64,000 nt of DNA from Epiperipatus broadwayi (Eukaryota; Animalia; Onychophora). The position numbers were made by a program, and so were the translations under genes. Below the pieces are notes generated by a model. The model did not search any database. It was not told the DNA's origin and saw only the letters and a program-made list of their open reading frames with translations. The DNA is taken from positions 17,360,001-17,424,000 of the forward strand of contig JAQFVV010000004.1 of the NCBI GenBank assembly GCA_028023455.1, in the 5' to 3' direction. Of this stretch, positions 12,697-24,940 are shown one piece after another. Numbering within the stretch: the first letter of the stretch is position 1; each line of letters starts with the position of its first letter.

Positions 12697-14149
12697 CTGA
12701 CTTCAAGAAAATTCTAATAGTGTTTAGTTAACAACTACCAGGCAATTGAAAAGAAAGCTTATGTTTTTTTGGTCTTAAACTCAAAAATAAAATGTCAATA
12801 AACTTACCACGCTTTATGATACATGTTAATGAGAAGCACAACTCATATTGGTTCACTATATGAATAATCGTATAGTCATAGCAACCACAATGTTAAGAAC
12901 ATATGGAATGGACATCAAGACTTTGCTATACTCAGTTCCATTAAGGCTTCAAAGAGAAATCAAACAATCTCTTTTCAGTAAACAGCAACCTTCTTTCTGT
13001 AGCTCCTCAGAAATATAACAAATTATGATAATTCTATGTAAGTAGAAGTGCATGCACATTGATTTAAAAGCAATACAAACAAATCCAAGAATTAACTTTG
13101 AGAACAACAGTTAAATTATGCAGCAACTCAATAATAATGAAACCAGATGTATAATACAAATTTTTAGCAAAAAAGCAAATTCAATAGTATATTTGAATAT
13201 AGCAAGGTAAATTATACAATAAATTAATAGTAATAAAAATGTACAGAATATATATAAAAACATTAATTGGACTTTGAAGATTTCTTATTTCTAAAATTAT
13301 CAAATAAGTATTTTTTTAAAATTTAAACTTTTTAACTTAATTTAGATCGGCAATTACTTTGAATAAATTACTCATTAAATAATTTTTAAAATAAATATTC
13401 AGCCACGCATATCAAGGATTATTATATTGTTTTTTTATTTATCTGAACCCAATTAGCATGATTGAATATTTAAAAAAAAAAGTTTGATGAGTAATTTATT
13501 AATATAAGTTTAATTAACGTAGAAAATGGATACTTAATTTGCACTTTCAAATCTAGCAATCTTATTGTTTTTATACAATCTGTATTAATAATCTGAGATT
13601 CTAAAAACCCTAAGTTTTGAATCCAAGTCAATTTATTTGTTCAGTTATATAAATCGGTCACTAGCCTAATAACTAAATATTTTAACAACTTCCATTTATT
13701 TTACCTATAGGCAAGTTTTAACTTGGCAAAGATATTGTAAATCAAACAGATTATCAGGTGAAATTTTACATTTATTTTCAACACCTGCATTAAGAAATGT
13801 TATTTAGTTCTTTTACTTTATTCCAAAGTATATATATATTTACTATTTCATAGATTTATTAGTTTAACAAATTACATTAACTAAAGCAAACAAAAGAGAT
13901 TATTTGTCTTTTTTAAAAAAAATATATTTTAAAGCAAAATTTTATAATGAATATCTGTTTTTAACCCTTATAAAAAATAATTTTAAAATTATTTCTTGAA
14001 AATTTTAGAATAAATATTTTTAATATGCATATATATTTCATAGCTTTTCTATCAGATTCTTATATGTGTTTTAAAAGACTATTCTTTATAAATATTATTA
14101 AATATAAACAGTTAATATCATTACGTTGTTCGATGATGGGGTGCAGTGC

Positions 14150-14620
14150 TGATGAATTTCTTCCAGAATATTCTCCCTGTTTTTCTGCATGCTTTTAATA
14201 TTGTTAGCTCAATCCATTCTAGAAAGTTATTCATTTAATAAATCTTAGTCATCATCTTCTTGACTCATTAAAATTTCAATTATGACATTTTTTCCCAGTG
14301 TGCTTACATGTCTCATTATATGTCCAAAATAGTGTAACCTTTTCCACTTTACTATCTCCAACAATTGTTTTTGTGCATCTTCCTTTTACAAAATCCATTC
14401 ATTAGTTTTCTTTTCTATCTAAAGCATCTCAAGCATCCTTCAATAAAACTCCATTATAAGAACTTCAATCCTTGTTCGCTTTTATTTTCTTAATGTCCAA
14501 ATCTATACTTTGTCTACATACTTATACTTCTGCTTTTTTCATATGGTCACTAATTTTAAAAATTTCTTCAATGCCAGCAGTTACCATACATTTATCTCTG
14601 TTTTTGATCTATGATTTAAT
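14150..14620 (-). mobile_element. 3' fragment of a second RTE subfamily (BovB-like C-terminus)
   Basis: Minus-strand translation KTNEWIL...LLEIVKWKRLHYFGHIMRH is typical of RTE ORF C-termini. Confidence 0.65.
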
Positions 14621-14692
14621 AATCTACTTTTGATTATTATTGTTTAAGAAAAATGTAATATTCAGAGATTTATACAACAGGTTTCCTTATTT

Positions 14693-14938
14693 AAATGCAT
14701 TTTACTCACTGTACTTTAAACATTTTTAGCTAAAATCTTTTATTGTTCATATATGCATACATACTCTTACATTTTGACAGTCTTGCAGTCTTCTTCAGAG
14801 CCACTTTTACTTTAATTTTTTAAAAATAATGACTCTGAAGAAGACTGCAGGACAGTCAAAGTGTAAGATTGTCTATGCATATAGATACAAAAGGTTTTTG
14901 CTAAAAAGTGTTTAAAGTATAGTGAATAAATTGCATTT
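14693..14938. repeat. Imperfect palindrome (~110-bp arms), each arm with a decayed HHR motif (family D)
   Basis: Arms ~14693-14802 and ~14831-14938 are reverse complements. The right arm has CTGAAGA-A-GACTG-CAGGA-CAGTC-AAAGTGTA at 14835-14865. Confidence 0.85.
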
Positions 14939-15774
14939 ATTAAGATATTATATCAAAATAAAGGAAATGGTGAATTTGGTAATATTTCTGAGGTTTTCTT
15001 ATTCATGATTCCCTTCAAGTAGTAGTCTTTCATTTAAAATGCAGATTATAGGAATTTCTATATTTCTCTCACTGTCTTCTGTTTGAGATCTTTGAATTAA
15101 TTTTAATCTTAAGATACAGCAAATTCCAATCATGCTATATCTATAACATTTCTTTCCAGATCAACTGCTTTCAGTAAAGATATAAAACAAAAAATCAGAT
15201 CCAGTACATATGTTAAACCATTTGAATAGTTAATTCTTTTTTTTAAAAGTGTCTATCCAACATTTCTCTACAATACAATAAAAAATGCTAATGTATAATA
15301 GAATGCATTAAAATGTATGATTATTATGAAAACGTTCAGTAATAAATTCTATTTCTCATATTGCAATTATGCCATCTAGCATAAGCATCAATAAACGCCA
15401 GACTTTCTATCCATATCCACATGCTAGATTATAACATAACGTTCATTAATAAAAAGTTTTGGAATTCAATCTAGTGTATCTAATTTTTTTTGGATTTAGT
15501 GCACCTCTTCTTTAGTAATCATCTTTTATTTCTTTTTTCACCATCAAGTTATCAGCTTAAAATTAAAAAAAAAATCATTATGTTTTGAATCTATTTCAAC
15601 TTACATAGCAATATAGAGCTGAAATTAGTTCAGCATTTATAGGTCTTACTTGCAACTCTATTTTTTGATCCAGTAAAACTATGAAAGCAAGGTGTCTTAA
15701 GTTGTTTTCAAATTTTAGGCTCGTAAGTTAATAATTAAAAAAGGAAAAGAACTTCTCTAGTAAAAATACATTTG

Positions 15775-15992
15775 TTATTAAACAATTCAAAACAAAACAA
15801 CACTCTCCATATAGTAGTGCCATCTTGTGCTAACAAGAGCAATCAATGGATGCCAGAAGGCTTGTGCATAAAATCCCTATCTAGTGCCTACTCATCCAAC
15901 ATCCCCAGACTAGTTTCTGGCTTGTGGCCTTCATCAGTGAGGAGCCTTGGATCTGAGAGCACTGCACCTAGATCTTAGTGATCATGTGATGT
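15775..15992 (-). mobile_element. Family A HHR element with inverted head, 14-bp TSD
   Basis: TSD TAAAAATACATTTG at 15761-15774 and 15993-16006. The body matches 38570-38740, and the head TAGTGATCATGTGATG is at ~15976-15991. Confidence 0.9.
15902..15943 (-). ncRNA. Minimal type I hammerhead ribozyme motif
   Basis: Reverse complement is TCCTCA-CTGATGA-a-GGC-CACAA-GCC-a-GAAAC-TA-GTC-TGGGGA, with all core nucleotides intact. Confidence 0.87.
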
Positions 15993-16046
15993 TAAAAATA
16001 CATTTGATTAAAAAAAAATCAACTGCATTAGATTGAGATTCATAAT

Positions 16047-16075
16047 TCCTCACTGATGAAAGCTACAAGCTAAAA
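16047..16075 (+). ncRNA. Truncated, decayed family A HHR fragment
   Basis: TCCTCA-CTGATGA-AAGC-TACAA-GCT is present. The GAAAC box is mutated (AAAAAT) and the 3' half is missing. Confidence 0.55.
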
Positions 16076-16624
16076 ATTAACATTACAATACAGAAACAAC
16101 AACAGTGAAATTAAGCTTGTTTTTGGTATTATAACTGAAGTAGAAAAAATAGTAATGTGTAAACTGGAAATCAATATAATAATTTGTTAGTTTACTAATA
16201 AGATCAACAATATAAGTCCTTCCTTTAACAATCTACAAAATATCTTGAAGTTCTGTGATCTTATTTTTAGTTTGCTCAAATATAGCTGTCAAAATTGTAG
16301 TCGACACTAAATTAATACTTCTCAGAAAAAATATGAATGAAGTCAAGTGAAAAGGCTTGAAAAAAAGTTAATAGAATATCTTAATATTCAATTTTTTTGC
16401 TTATATTTAAAAATTTAAGAGACAATAGAGAAAATGTTATTGCTAAAATAAATATAGTATGAAAAGAATGTATATATGTTAAGTATTTTCTTCTCAAATA
16501 CAGATTTAACTGACATAGTAATAAATTGCTATGAAAATATATACATTTGATTTAAATCACTAAAACATTTCATGATCACATTTCCTTTATTATTACGCAT
16601 GCTGTTAAAGTAATAGCAAAAAAT

Positions 16625-17325
16625 TTTCCACAATATTCCCATCTAGTGTAAGCTCTAATAGTCAGTTGATGCTAGATTATGCATTATAATCAAGCATCCT
16701 CAGACTAGTTTCTAGCTTATAGCCTTCATCAGTGAGAAACCTTGGATTTAAAAGAAGTGGACCTTAATCTAATACATTAGTTCAACACCCACCTTTTATC
16801 TTTTTGGTTAAATACAAAGCTGTCAACCCAAAATAAAAACACAGTAATAATTTTAATCCAAGCTAAATTGCCTGTGTAATCATATAGATCATAATCCAAT
16901 TCAGTTAGTATATATTTTGGTGTCTTTGCTTTTTTTAATAACCGTAGTCATCTCTGTACTTTGCCTAGAAGGTTATGCATTATAATCTCTATTCAGTGAA
17001 TTTTCATCCAATATAACCAGACCAATTACTGGCTTATAAACTGGATTTAGATATATATGACTATACAGGAAAATTAATTTAAATTGAAAACATTATTGTG
17101 ATTTGGGTTGTATAATTTTGCAGTTAACCAAAAAGGTAAAGGGTAGGTGCTGAAGGGATGCATTAGATCCAGGTGAATTGTTCCCAGATTCAAGACTGCC
17201 ATAATCTAGAAAACAATCTGGAAAAATTGAATGGGAAGTTACTGGATAGGGATTACCTTCTAGCATCTAGTGATTACCAGAGCTTACAGTAGGTGGTACT
17301 ACTGTATGCAAAAAAGTTTGCTACT
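16625..17325. mobile_element. Old family A insertion: inverted segment (16625-16865) plus direct segment (~17040-17325)
   Basis: Both parts align by eye to 38990-39290 in opposite orientations, the same geometry as 38501-39299. The direct copy has lost the HHR core. Confidence 0.65.
16697..16738 (-). ncRNA. Minimal type I hammerhead ribozyme motif
   Basis: Reverse complement is TTCTCA-CTGATGA-a-GGC-TATAA-GCT-a-GAAAC-TA-GTC-TGAGGA, core intact. Confidence 0.8.
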
Positions 17326-19234
17326 GTTTTATAAATTTGATTATTATTTGTGGAAAACTATTTAATATTACCTAAACATAATTTACATATCAATGATTAC
17401 TCATTAAAATATTACAATTTATATAACTTCTTGGCAAGCATAAAAATATTTATTTATAAAGATTTGATGGCATTAAATTAATGTTGATTCTTTGATCTTT
17501 ATGCTTGGAGCATAATCTCCAGAATAAAGTGTAATATGATAGTATTAAGTTTTTTTATGACCGAGTTCAACCATCTTCTTTATGTAACTCTCTGAGACCC
17601 GTTTTTTATAAGTGAATGAGTATAATAAAATAATTTCACTCTAGATATTTATTATTCAAGCCTAATCTAAAGTCATTCTTCAGATGACTTTTGTACAAAT
17701 ATATTTATAGATTTATTAAACAACATCCATGCCTCCCCATTTTTTATAAATTCATATAAATAAAGATACAATAAAAGACAAATGCCCCCCCCCCCCCCAA
17801 TGATTGGTAATAATCATTATTGTATTTATCTGAGGTGGATGGTGTCAAAGTTGTATGGAGTGAATTTGACAATGGTAAATAAAAATGTAACAATTTACAA
17901 ATATTTTACTTTTTTAGCAGCCAACTTTCACTTTTACAGTTTTTTTGAAAATTAGACGAGATAAAAAAAATAGCTTGCTTAAACTCTCTGACACCTTATT
18001 TAAAAAGTGGCTCCCTCTTGTGAAGATTAAACTATATTATTTGATATCAAATATTCATGAGATGATGCATTATCAAATGGTGCATCACTGTCTAAATAAA
18101 ATAAATATTGCTAAATATTATCTCAATACGTCCCCCAAAATTCATTCTTAGAGTAATTAGAAATCAAATATCAAAGAAGCCTCGAAGTATATGCAATTTA
18201 TTACAGACTTAAATGTTTATTCACACCATTTCAGTAAAATACTTTTAACGAAGCATACAGTTTTGACCCAGTTATACATAATATGTTCAATATATAATAC
18301 ATGTGATAAAATCATACATCACATCTGTAACTAATGGTTTTATTTCTTACTCTCACATAAGGCAAATATTTGGCATGTGAATTTTAAGGGCAAATTGTAT
18401 AGTCTATTCAGATAATCTCAATATCCGTACATAAGAACGTTTTTTGTGGTTTTAGTATAATTCATTATCAACTTGAAGCAACATAGTCTTCCCAAATATC
18501 TCAACATCGAAAACCAAGAGATTTATGACAGGGCATCAAATTTTGATTTATATAATCCTAACTTATGTATTAAAAAGAGAAGAAATAAAAATACAGGCAA
18601 ACAAAATACCTTTGTTGAGTTATTAAAGGTGGATCTTTGAATATTACATAAAAATGGTTTTACTCTAAGTTTTGTAAACTAATAATAATTTTTAAAATAT
18701 TTAAATACTATGTATTTTAGAATCTATCATTAAATCTTCCTATCACCAAATTACATATATAGTTTATATATAAATTTCTCTAGGTATTTATTACAATAGA
18801 GAGAATAATCTAATATAATAGAATTATATTATTATCAAAGTCACCTTTTTGTCTTATATATATATAAAATTATTCATGACTAGCATAGTATATTATGACA
18901 AAAAAAAAAAAAAAGTGATCATGTTATGTTTAATAGTTTAATAAATTTAAGACAATAATGGTGAAATACTGTATAAATAAATTTTGTAAACTTTGCAATA
19001 ACATTAATTTCGATGAGATTTGTTTACAGAATGCTGTCCCATATTGATTTATATATATTTAAGTTACAATATATAAAGAAAATGAATAAATTGATTAAGG
19101 TTTTAGATATATAATTTTTTTTATTTACAATATGTTAATCTCTTTATCCCTCTATGCACTTATATCATATCCAAACATCATTTTCTTTTTCGAGGAACTT
19201 ACTTAATAACTATTGTTTCTTAGCATTATTATTA

Positions 19235-19345
19235 TTTTTTCCCCCATATGTCATAGCATCGGCCGGAAGGCGAACCCACAACCGTCTGCAAACAACTACT
19301 TGCTTGCAAGGCGGCTGCGATGGCCTCTCGGCTAACAACGCTTGG
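19235..19345 (-). mobile_element. tRNA-derived short SINE, copy 1
   Basis: Pol III A box TAGCCGAGAGG and B box-like GGTTCGCCTTC on the minus strand. Homologous to 40703 and 57093. Confidence 0.85.
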
Positions 19346-19568
19346 CATGATCTTACTATTAACATATGAGATAGAAAAATGGTTGTTAGCTATTTATGAA
19401 TATACACATAGATCAATCAATCATTTAGAAACAATGAATTTATGTAGAGTTGAAAATATAAAATTATATTTTGCAACATTAAAATATAATAAAATTATTT
19501 TATGTTACAAATTGATTGGTAAATAATAATGAAATCTTTAAAATGCATGTTTAATAGACTTTTGTGTA

Positions 19569-20461
19569 TGCTAAATGTGTGTGTATATTTATGTATAACA
19601 AAATAAGTATTATTAGTTAAATAACAGTATAATTGTAAAATTAAACGGATTGCTAAATGTGTGTGTGTATATTTATATATACACAAAATAAGTATTATAA
19701 ATGATATTATAACGGTAAACTAAATATATGTGCGTGGATGCCAATGGCATTCACAATATTTTATAAAAACAATTAGTCTAATTATATAGTTGAATTAAGG
19801 AAAAAAGTATAAACTAACTTATCAAGAAAGTTAGATGAATTCGAGCAAAGGATTTTAAGATAAAGTAAACAAAGCCATTGCAACTCTTAATGTTTAGTTA
19901 CTGATCAGATTTAATGATAATAGAAACATTGCTTAAAATAGACAATTCTAAGATAATTGCATTGTCTGATCAGGGATTGAATATGGTAACTCAAGAGATG
20001 ACCACCATGTAGACAGCGGATGGCCAATCAAGGGAGTCGACCTTAAAAACAAGGAGAATGTGAAAAAGATCTAGAATAGAACAGAGAGAGGACACTTGCT
20101 AAGTGAAGCTACTGAAAGGCAGATGTGCCATTTCCTCGGGTGCTCCAGTCACCTCTCTTCTTCACTTAGCCTTGTGGAGAAGTTTACCTCTGGATGTGTA
20201 AAAGTAAACTGAGGAACAGTATAACAGGTCATATTGATCTTATTATTATTTTGGTACACCTTCGGATACTTATTGTTATTTATATAGCATGTGTATAATT
20301 CATATATGTATATATTAAACACGATTGATTATCCCCATATAACTCTATAAAATAAACTCTTATTTAAAATTTCTTGCTGAGCTGCCTCATTAATTAGTAA
20401 GTATTTGTGTTATTTATATATTTGCAATCCAACAGGCAATAGAGTGCCATTGGACCTAGCA
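19569..20461 (+). repeat. 5' LTR (includes an ~82-bp duplication of the LTR start)
   Basis: TGCTAAATGTGTG start occurs at 19569 and again at 19651; the rest aligns with 22292-23102. Confidence 0.9.
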
Positions 20462-22291
20462 ATTGGCACAGTCACAGTTTTGATTACAAACCTCAACAGT
20501 CTTAATCCTCAGTAAATTGTGAAATTGTCAGTTAAGAACAATTAGCGCATTGACAGCCAAATAGATTGGCATGTAATTAATTGATTTCATGAGTGAATAA
20601 ATTATTAAGAAAAAATATATATGTTTTGCTAAATTGTCATCGTCCGAATTTTATGTTAGAGAGGCAAGTGAATGGTTCCTGTATGTCCAACAAATAGAGA
20701 AACTTTTAATGATTAACAGAGTAAAGGATGATAAATGTAAAACAGCAACCATATTGTGTTTCATTGGAAAAGGAGTCATCCAAATTGCAAATAGACTTTG
20801 CGGACTCCAAACCTCGGAAGATTTACAGATCAAAGATCATTTGGCTGACTATTTTATTGCCAGACTCCATTTCAGAAATCACTGACAAGGCAAGAATGAG
20901 CAAACTCAAGATTATGATACTGCCCTGCATAAACTCACAAAAAACTGTGTCTACGACTCATACCTGAAGAAAGCTCTCCTCAAACAATTTTTATGTGGTA
21001 TGAGCAGTGACAGTCTGAGACAGCAGTTATTGGCAGACAAGAATATCAATTATAAAGAAGCTACCAAATGTGGTATAGCTAATGAACTTGTGTTACAGTA
21101 AGCTAAAGAATTTGCAGCCATGAAAGTAGCGGTCAACGATCCTTAAGTCGACAAACAGGGTAAATGGAATAACTGATATTAAGAAAAGTTGAATTAAGTG
21201 CTTTTGCTATCGAAAACTAGGTCACATGGCATGGGAGTGTTTTTATAAAGACCAATGCTGTAAACCCTGTAATAAAGTTGGCCATTTGGAAAAAATGAGC
21301 AGAAAAAAAAATTCAACAATTATACAAGAAATAACAGCCAAGAGCATTTTATTAGAAAACATAAGCAAGAGGAATTTTTGGTGATTAATAATGTGTCTTT
21401 GGACCAATCACAGAAATTTGAAATGACTGTCAAAATTTATGGAAAACCTCTATTGATGGAAATTGACAGCAGTAGCGGGGTGTCTTTACTGTCCATTAAA
21501 GATTGGAAAACCATCGTGGAGATATGACACAACCACCTAGACTTATGCATATCAATTTTAAAGCTCAGGAAATCAATGGAAAGGCCATAAAGATTAAAAA
21601 AGCAATTCAGGCTTCAATTACTTCTTATATTAGCAAAAAAACTAAAATTGCCATTATGCATAATTCTTGCCCAATAAATCCCCTCATTCACCATGATTGG
21701 TTCAATCACTTGGGAATTAAATTATCGATGGGCAAAAATAATGACATCAAAATGTTTATTGAAAAATGTAAAAACTGTCAGTCAGGTGCGAAAATACTTT
21801 CAGACATAGTCAAGTCCTTGAAAGAAGTTGAGAAATCAACCCCACAGAAAACTCTAGGTTGTAAATTGCAGACGAAGCTTGTGGAAAGTAGGTTACCTGA
21901 AGAATACAAAGTACCTGTTCCAAACTACAGATCTGTATCTAGATAATGTGTATGGGTTAGAAACAAAATTGACAGATTTTGAAATAAGGCTGAAATCGTA
22001 TGCCACTTAACCACTGCAAGTGGTGTCTATCTGAAAGGCAGATAGAAGAATGTTATGCAAACATACCAGACAGTTGCAGAAAGATGAAATGTAGTCAACA
22101 AATGCTGCAGCTGTTTCAGGAAAAAGACAACAGCAAGTGGAGTGGACGTTTGGGAAAAGCTGTAACAGTAATGCAGTCCCTAACGAAATTACTACAAACC
22201 TGGAAAAAAATCTCCCCCCCCCCATACTTATATTTTAAGTTCAGAGAATAGGAAAAAAATAAAACATGAATCTCTGAATTTGAGGGAGGTA

Positions 22292-23102
22292 TGCTAAATG
22301 TGTGTGTATATTTATATATACACAAAATAAGTATTATAAATGATATTATAATGGTAAACGAAATGTATGTGTGTGGATGCCAATGGCATTCACAATATCT
22401 TATAAAAACAATTAGTCTAATTAAACAGTTGAATTAATGGAAAAACTATAAACTAGCTTATCACGAAAGTTAGATGAATTCGAGTAAAGAATTAAGATAA
22501 AGTGAACAAAGCCATTGCAACCCTTAATATTTAGGTCCTGATCAGATTTAATGATAATAGAAACCATGCTTAAAATAGATAATTCTAAAATAATTGCGTT
22601 ATCTGATCAGGGATTGAATATGGTAACTCAAGAGATGACCACCATGTAGACAGCAGATGGCCAATCAAGGGAGTTGAACCTAAAAACAAGGAGAGTGTGA
22701 AAAAGATGTAGAATAGAACTGAGAGAGAATACTTGCTAAGTAAAGCTACTGAAAGGAAGATGTGTCATTTTCTCATGTGCTCCAGTCAGCGACCTCCTTC
22801 ACTTAGCCTTGCAGAGAAGTTTACCTCTAGACATGTAAAAGTAAACTTAGGAACAGTATAACAAGTTGTATTGATATTATTATTTTGGTATGCCTTCGGG
22901 GCCTTATTGTTATTTATGTAGCGTGTGTATATAATTGTCATATATGTATATAATAAACACAATTGATTATCTCCATATAACTCTGTAAAATAAACTCTTG
23001 TTATTTAAAATTACTTGCCAAGCTGCCTCATTAATTAGTAATTATTTGCATTATTTATATACTTGCAATCCAGCAGGCAATAGAGTGCTGCTGGACATAG
23101 CA
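22292..23102 (+). repeat. 3' LTR
   Basis: Follows the PPT; ends TAGCA followed by the TSD. Confidence 0.9.
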
Positions 23103-23684
23103 GTGTAATTTATGCTTGTGAATCTATATATTATTTCGCTTGATCAATTGATTTAATAGTTTAGTAAAGAATTTTTGCATTTGAAAATAGATTATGCCTG
23201 TTAGCTTTCTTTTATTATAAACTTTGTTATAAAAATACTTTTTTCTTAATCAGAAGGTAATCAGTTGCTGTTTAATCATGTTATTAACTCATTGATGATG
23301 TAGTGATTAAACAGTGTATGGTAAAGGCTGATTACCTTCTGATTAAGAATTATTAACAAAATCTGTGTTTGTCATTGCAAAATGCTATTTAAGAGAATTC
23401 TACACACAAGCAACCAATGAGGAGATTTTGTAATCTTTATTTTTTAAAAATTGTGCAACTAAATTCATATTTGGACAACAAATTTGTATTTTCCTGCTTC
23501 TGGATTATTTGTTTAATTACATTTCTACTTTTTTTAAATTCATCTGCCAATGGTAGTATCATTAAAAAAAGTACACATATTTTATACTTATTTAATTTTG
23601 TTTACATAATATACATACACCACTTTTCTTGATTTTTGTTTGTAAACAAAAACATACTATTATTACTTGTTTTATTTATTACTT

Positions 23685-24645
23685 GGTGCACTGTGACTTC
23701 TCCTTATACAGAGTCAGGAATCTCTCAGCTACAATACCAAGAGAAACCTGTTAGCCACTATACCTTCCCATTCCCCACCCTGTTTTCCCATATCCTGCTC
23801 CATCCCATTTGCAAAACATAATCTTTGTCACCTCCATGGCCCTTATATCTAATTCCCCATTATCTTTTCCCAAACCCAGCATAAAAATCAATAACCCAGT
23901 TCCTGTATAATCATGTTCCTTATATTTATTCTTCCACAACTTTATTATTTGTATCCTTTCTGCTTTCAACAATTTACATTCGATTAATGAATGCCTAATA
24001 TTATCTATGCCTTCCTTACACAACTTGCAGACTAAATCACCCACATTTTTCTATTTATGTATATAATCCCCTGTTGCTAAAGATCCCGTTTGAACCTTAA
24101 ACAGTAAATACTTTCCTTGCTATTATCATAAATTAACTTGCACCTAATATTCCGTTTACTACTATATATATATTTAAACTCTTTTTGCTCCTCATATTAG
24201 TCCTCCATCTTTCCAATTCCCTATTTCTTTATTAATGCATCTATTCTTCTATTCCATTCGTTACCACTATAACCCCCAACGATTCTTATAACACAATCAT
24301 CAACCTTTTGTACAAGTATACTGACATAAATTCTTTATCCAACTATTCTGCATATCACATTATTTTCCTCACCCATCTTGTCACCTGCCCTTTATTCAAA
24401 CCCAATTAAATACAATTTTGGCTATTCTTTTATTATCCATAAACTGCAATCCACCGAACATTTTCATTTTGCTTTTTGTATCCCTCATATAAAAACTTGA
24501 CCATTTCATTTTCCCTTGAATTGTCTCCTTTGCCATCCTCACACCCATATCTAATGCATGTCTTCTTACTTCTCTTTATACTTTTTCCAAGTAATCTAAC
24601 ACACCCCTTTACTAACACATAACGCATTATCATAATTTTAAATTT
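23685..24645 (-). mobile_element. 5'-truncated RTEX-like LINE, copy 2
   Basis: ORF 23751-24044 (CKLCKEGIDNIRHSLIEC) and the 3' UTR match 6172-6560. Confidence 0.9.
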
Positions 24646-24679
24646 TATATTTTTAGTATTACTTGAACGGACTGGCCTT

Positions 24680-24940
24680 TCAAGCTGAGGAGAGAATACC
24701 ATCGATAGCAGAGCCATCAATGATACCCATGGTCAAACTGAGCCATAAAAAGCATAACATGACCCACATTTCCAGACTGTGGCCCATCTCATCTGCTAGA
24801 TTCAAACTCATGCCATCCAAAGTATTTTATTTGTTTAGAGGTAAACCTCAGGTGCCAGCTAATTAGAAGAAGTAATTAACATGCTTGGATGGTCGGCCCA
24901 TAATCCAGTGCTCAAAATATACCATTACTAGTTCACACTC
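24680..24940. repeat. Unclassified dispersed repeat (paralog at ~59640-59870)
   Basis: Shared blocks such as GATACC(C/T)ATG..CAA, CATTTCCAG and CTCAGG(T/C)GCCAG.TAATTA.AAGAAGTAA.TAACAT. Confidence 0.6.

Larger units (their letters stand above)
19569..23102 (+). mobile_element. Internally deleted Ty3/Gypsy LTR retrotransposon
   Basis: LTRs 19569-20461 and 22292-23102 have TGCTA...TAGCA termini. 5-bp TSD GTGTA at 19564-68 and 23103-07. PBS TGGCACAGTCA at 20464-74 and PPT GAGGGAGG at 22282-89. Gag remnant from 20634 has a decayed zinc knuckle (~21200). Protease-like VKIYGKPLLMEIDSSSGVS at ~21429 and integrase Zn motif DIKMFIEKCKNCQ are present. No RT or RNase H. Confidence 0.93.

Noticed and set aside
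12255-12731. 158-aa and 105-aa ORFs with IYLS repeats
   Set aside because: They are translations of the tetranucleotide microsatellite, partly antisense to an RTE remnant.
12808-12860. Minus-strand GTAAGT donor with a short open frame (NQYELCFSLTCIIKR)
   Set aside because: Weak acceptor and no recognisable protein.
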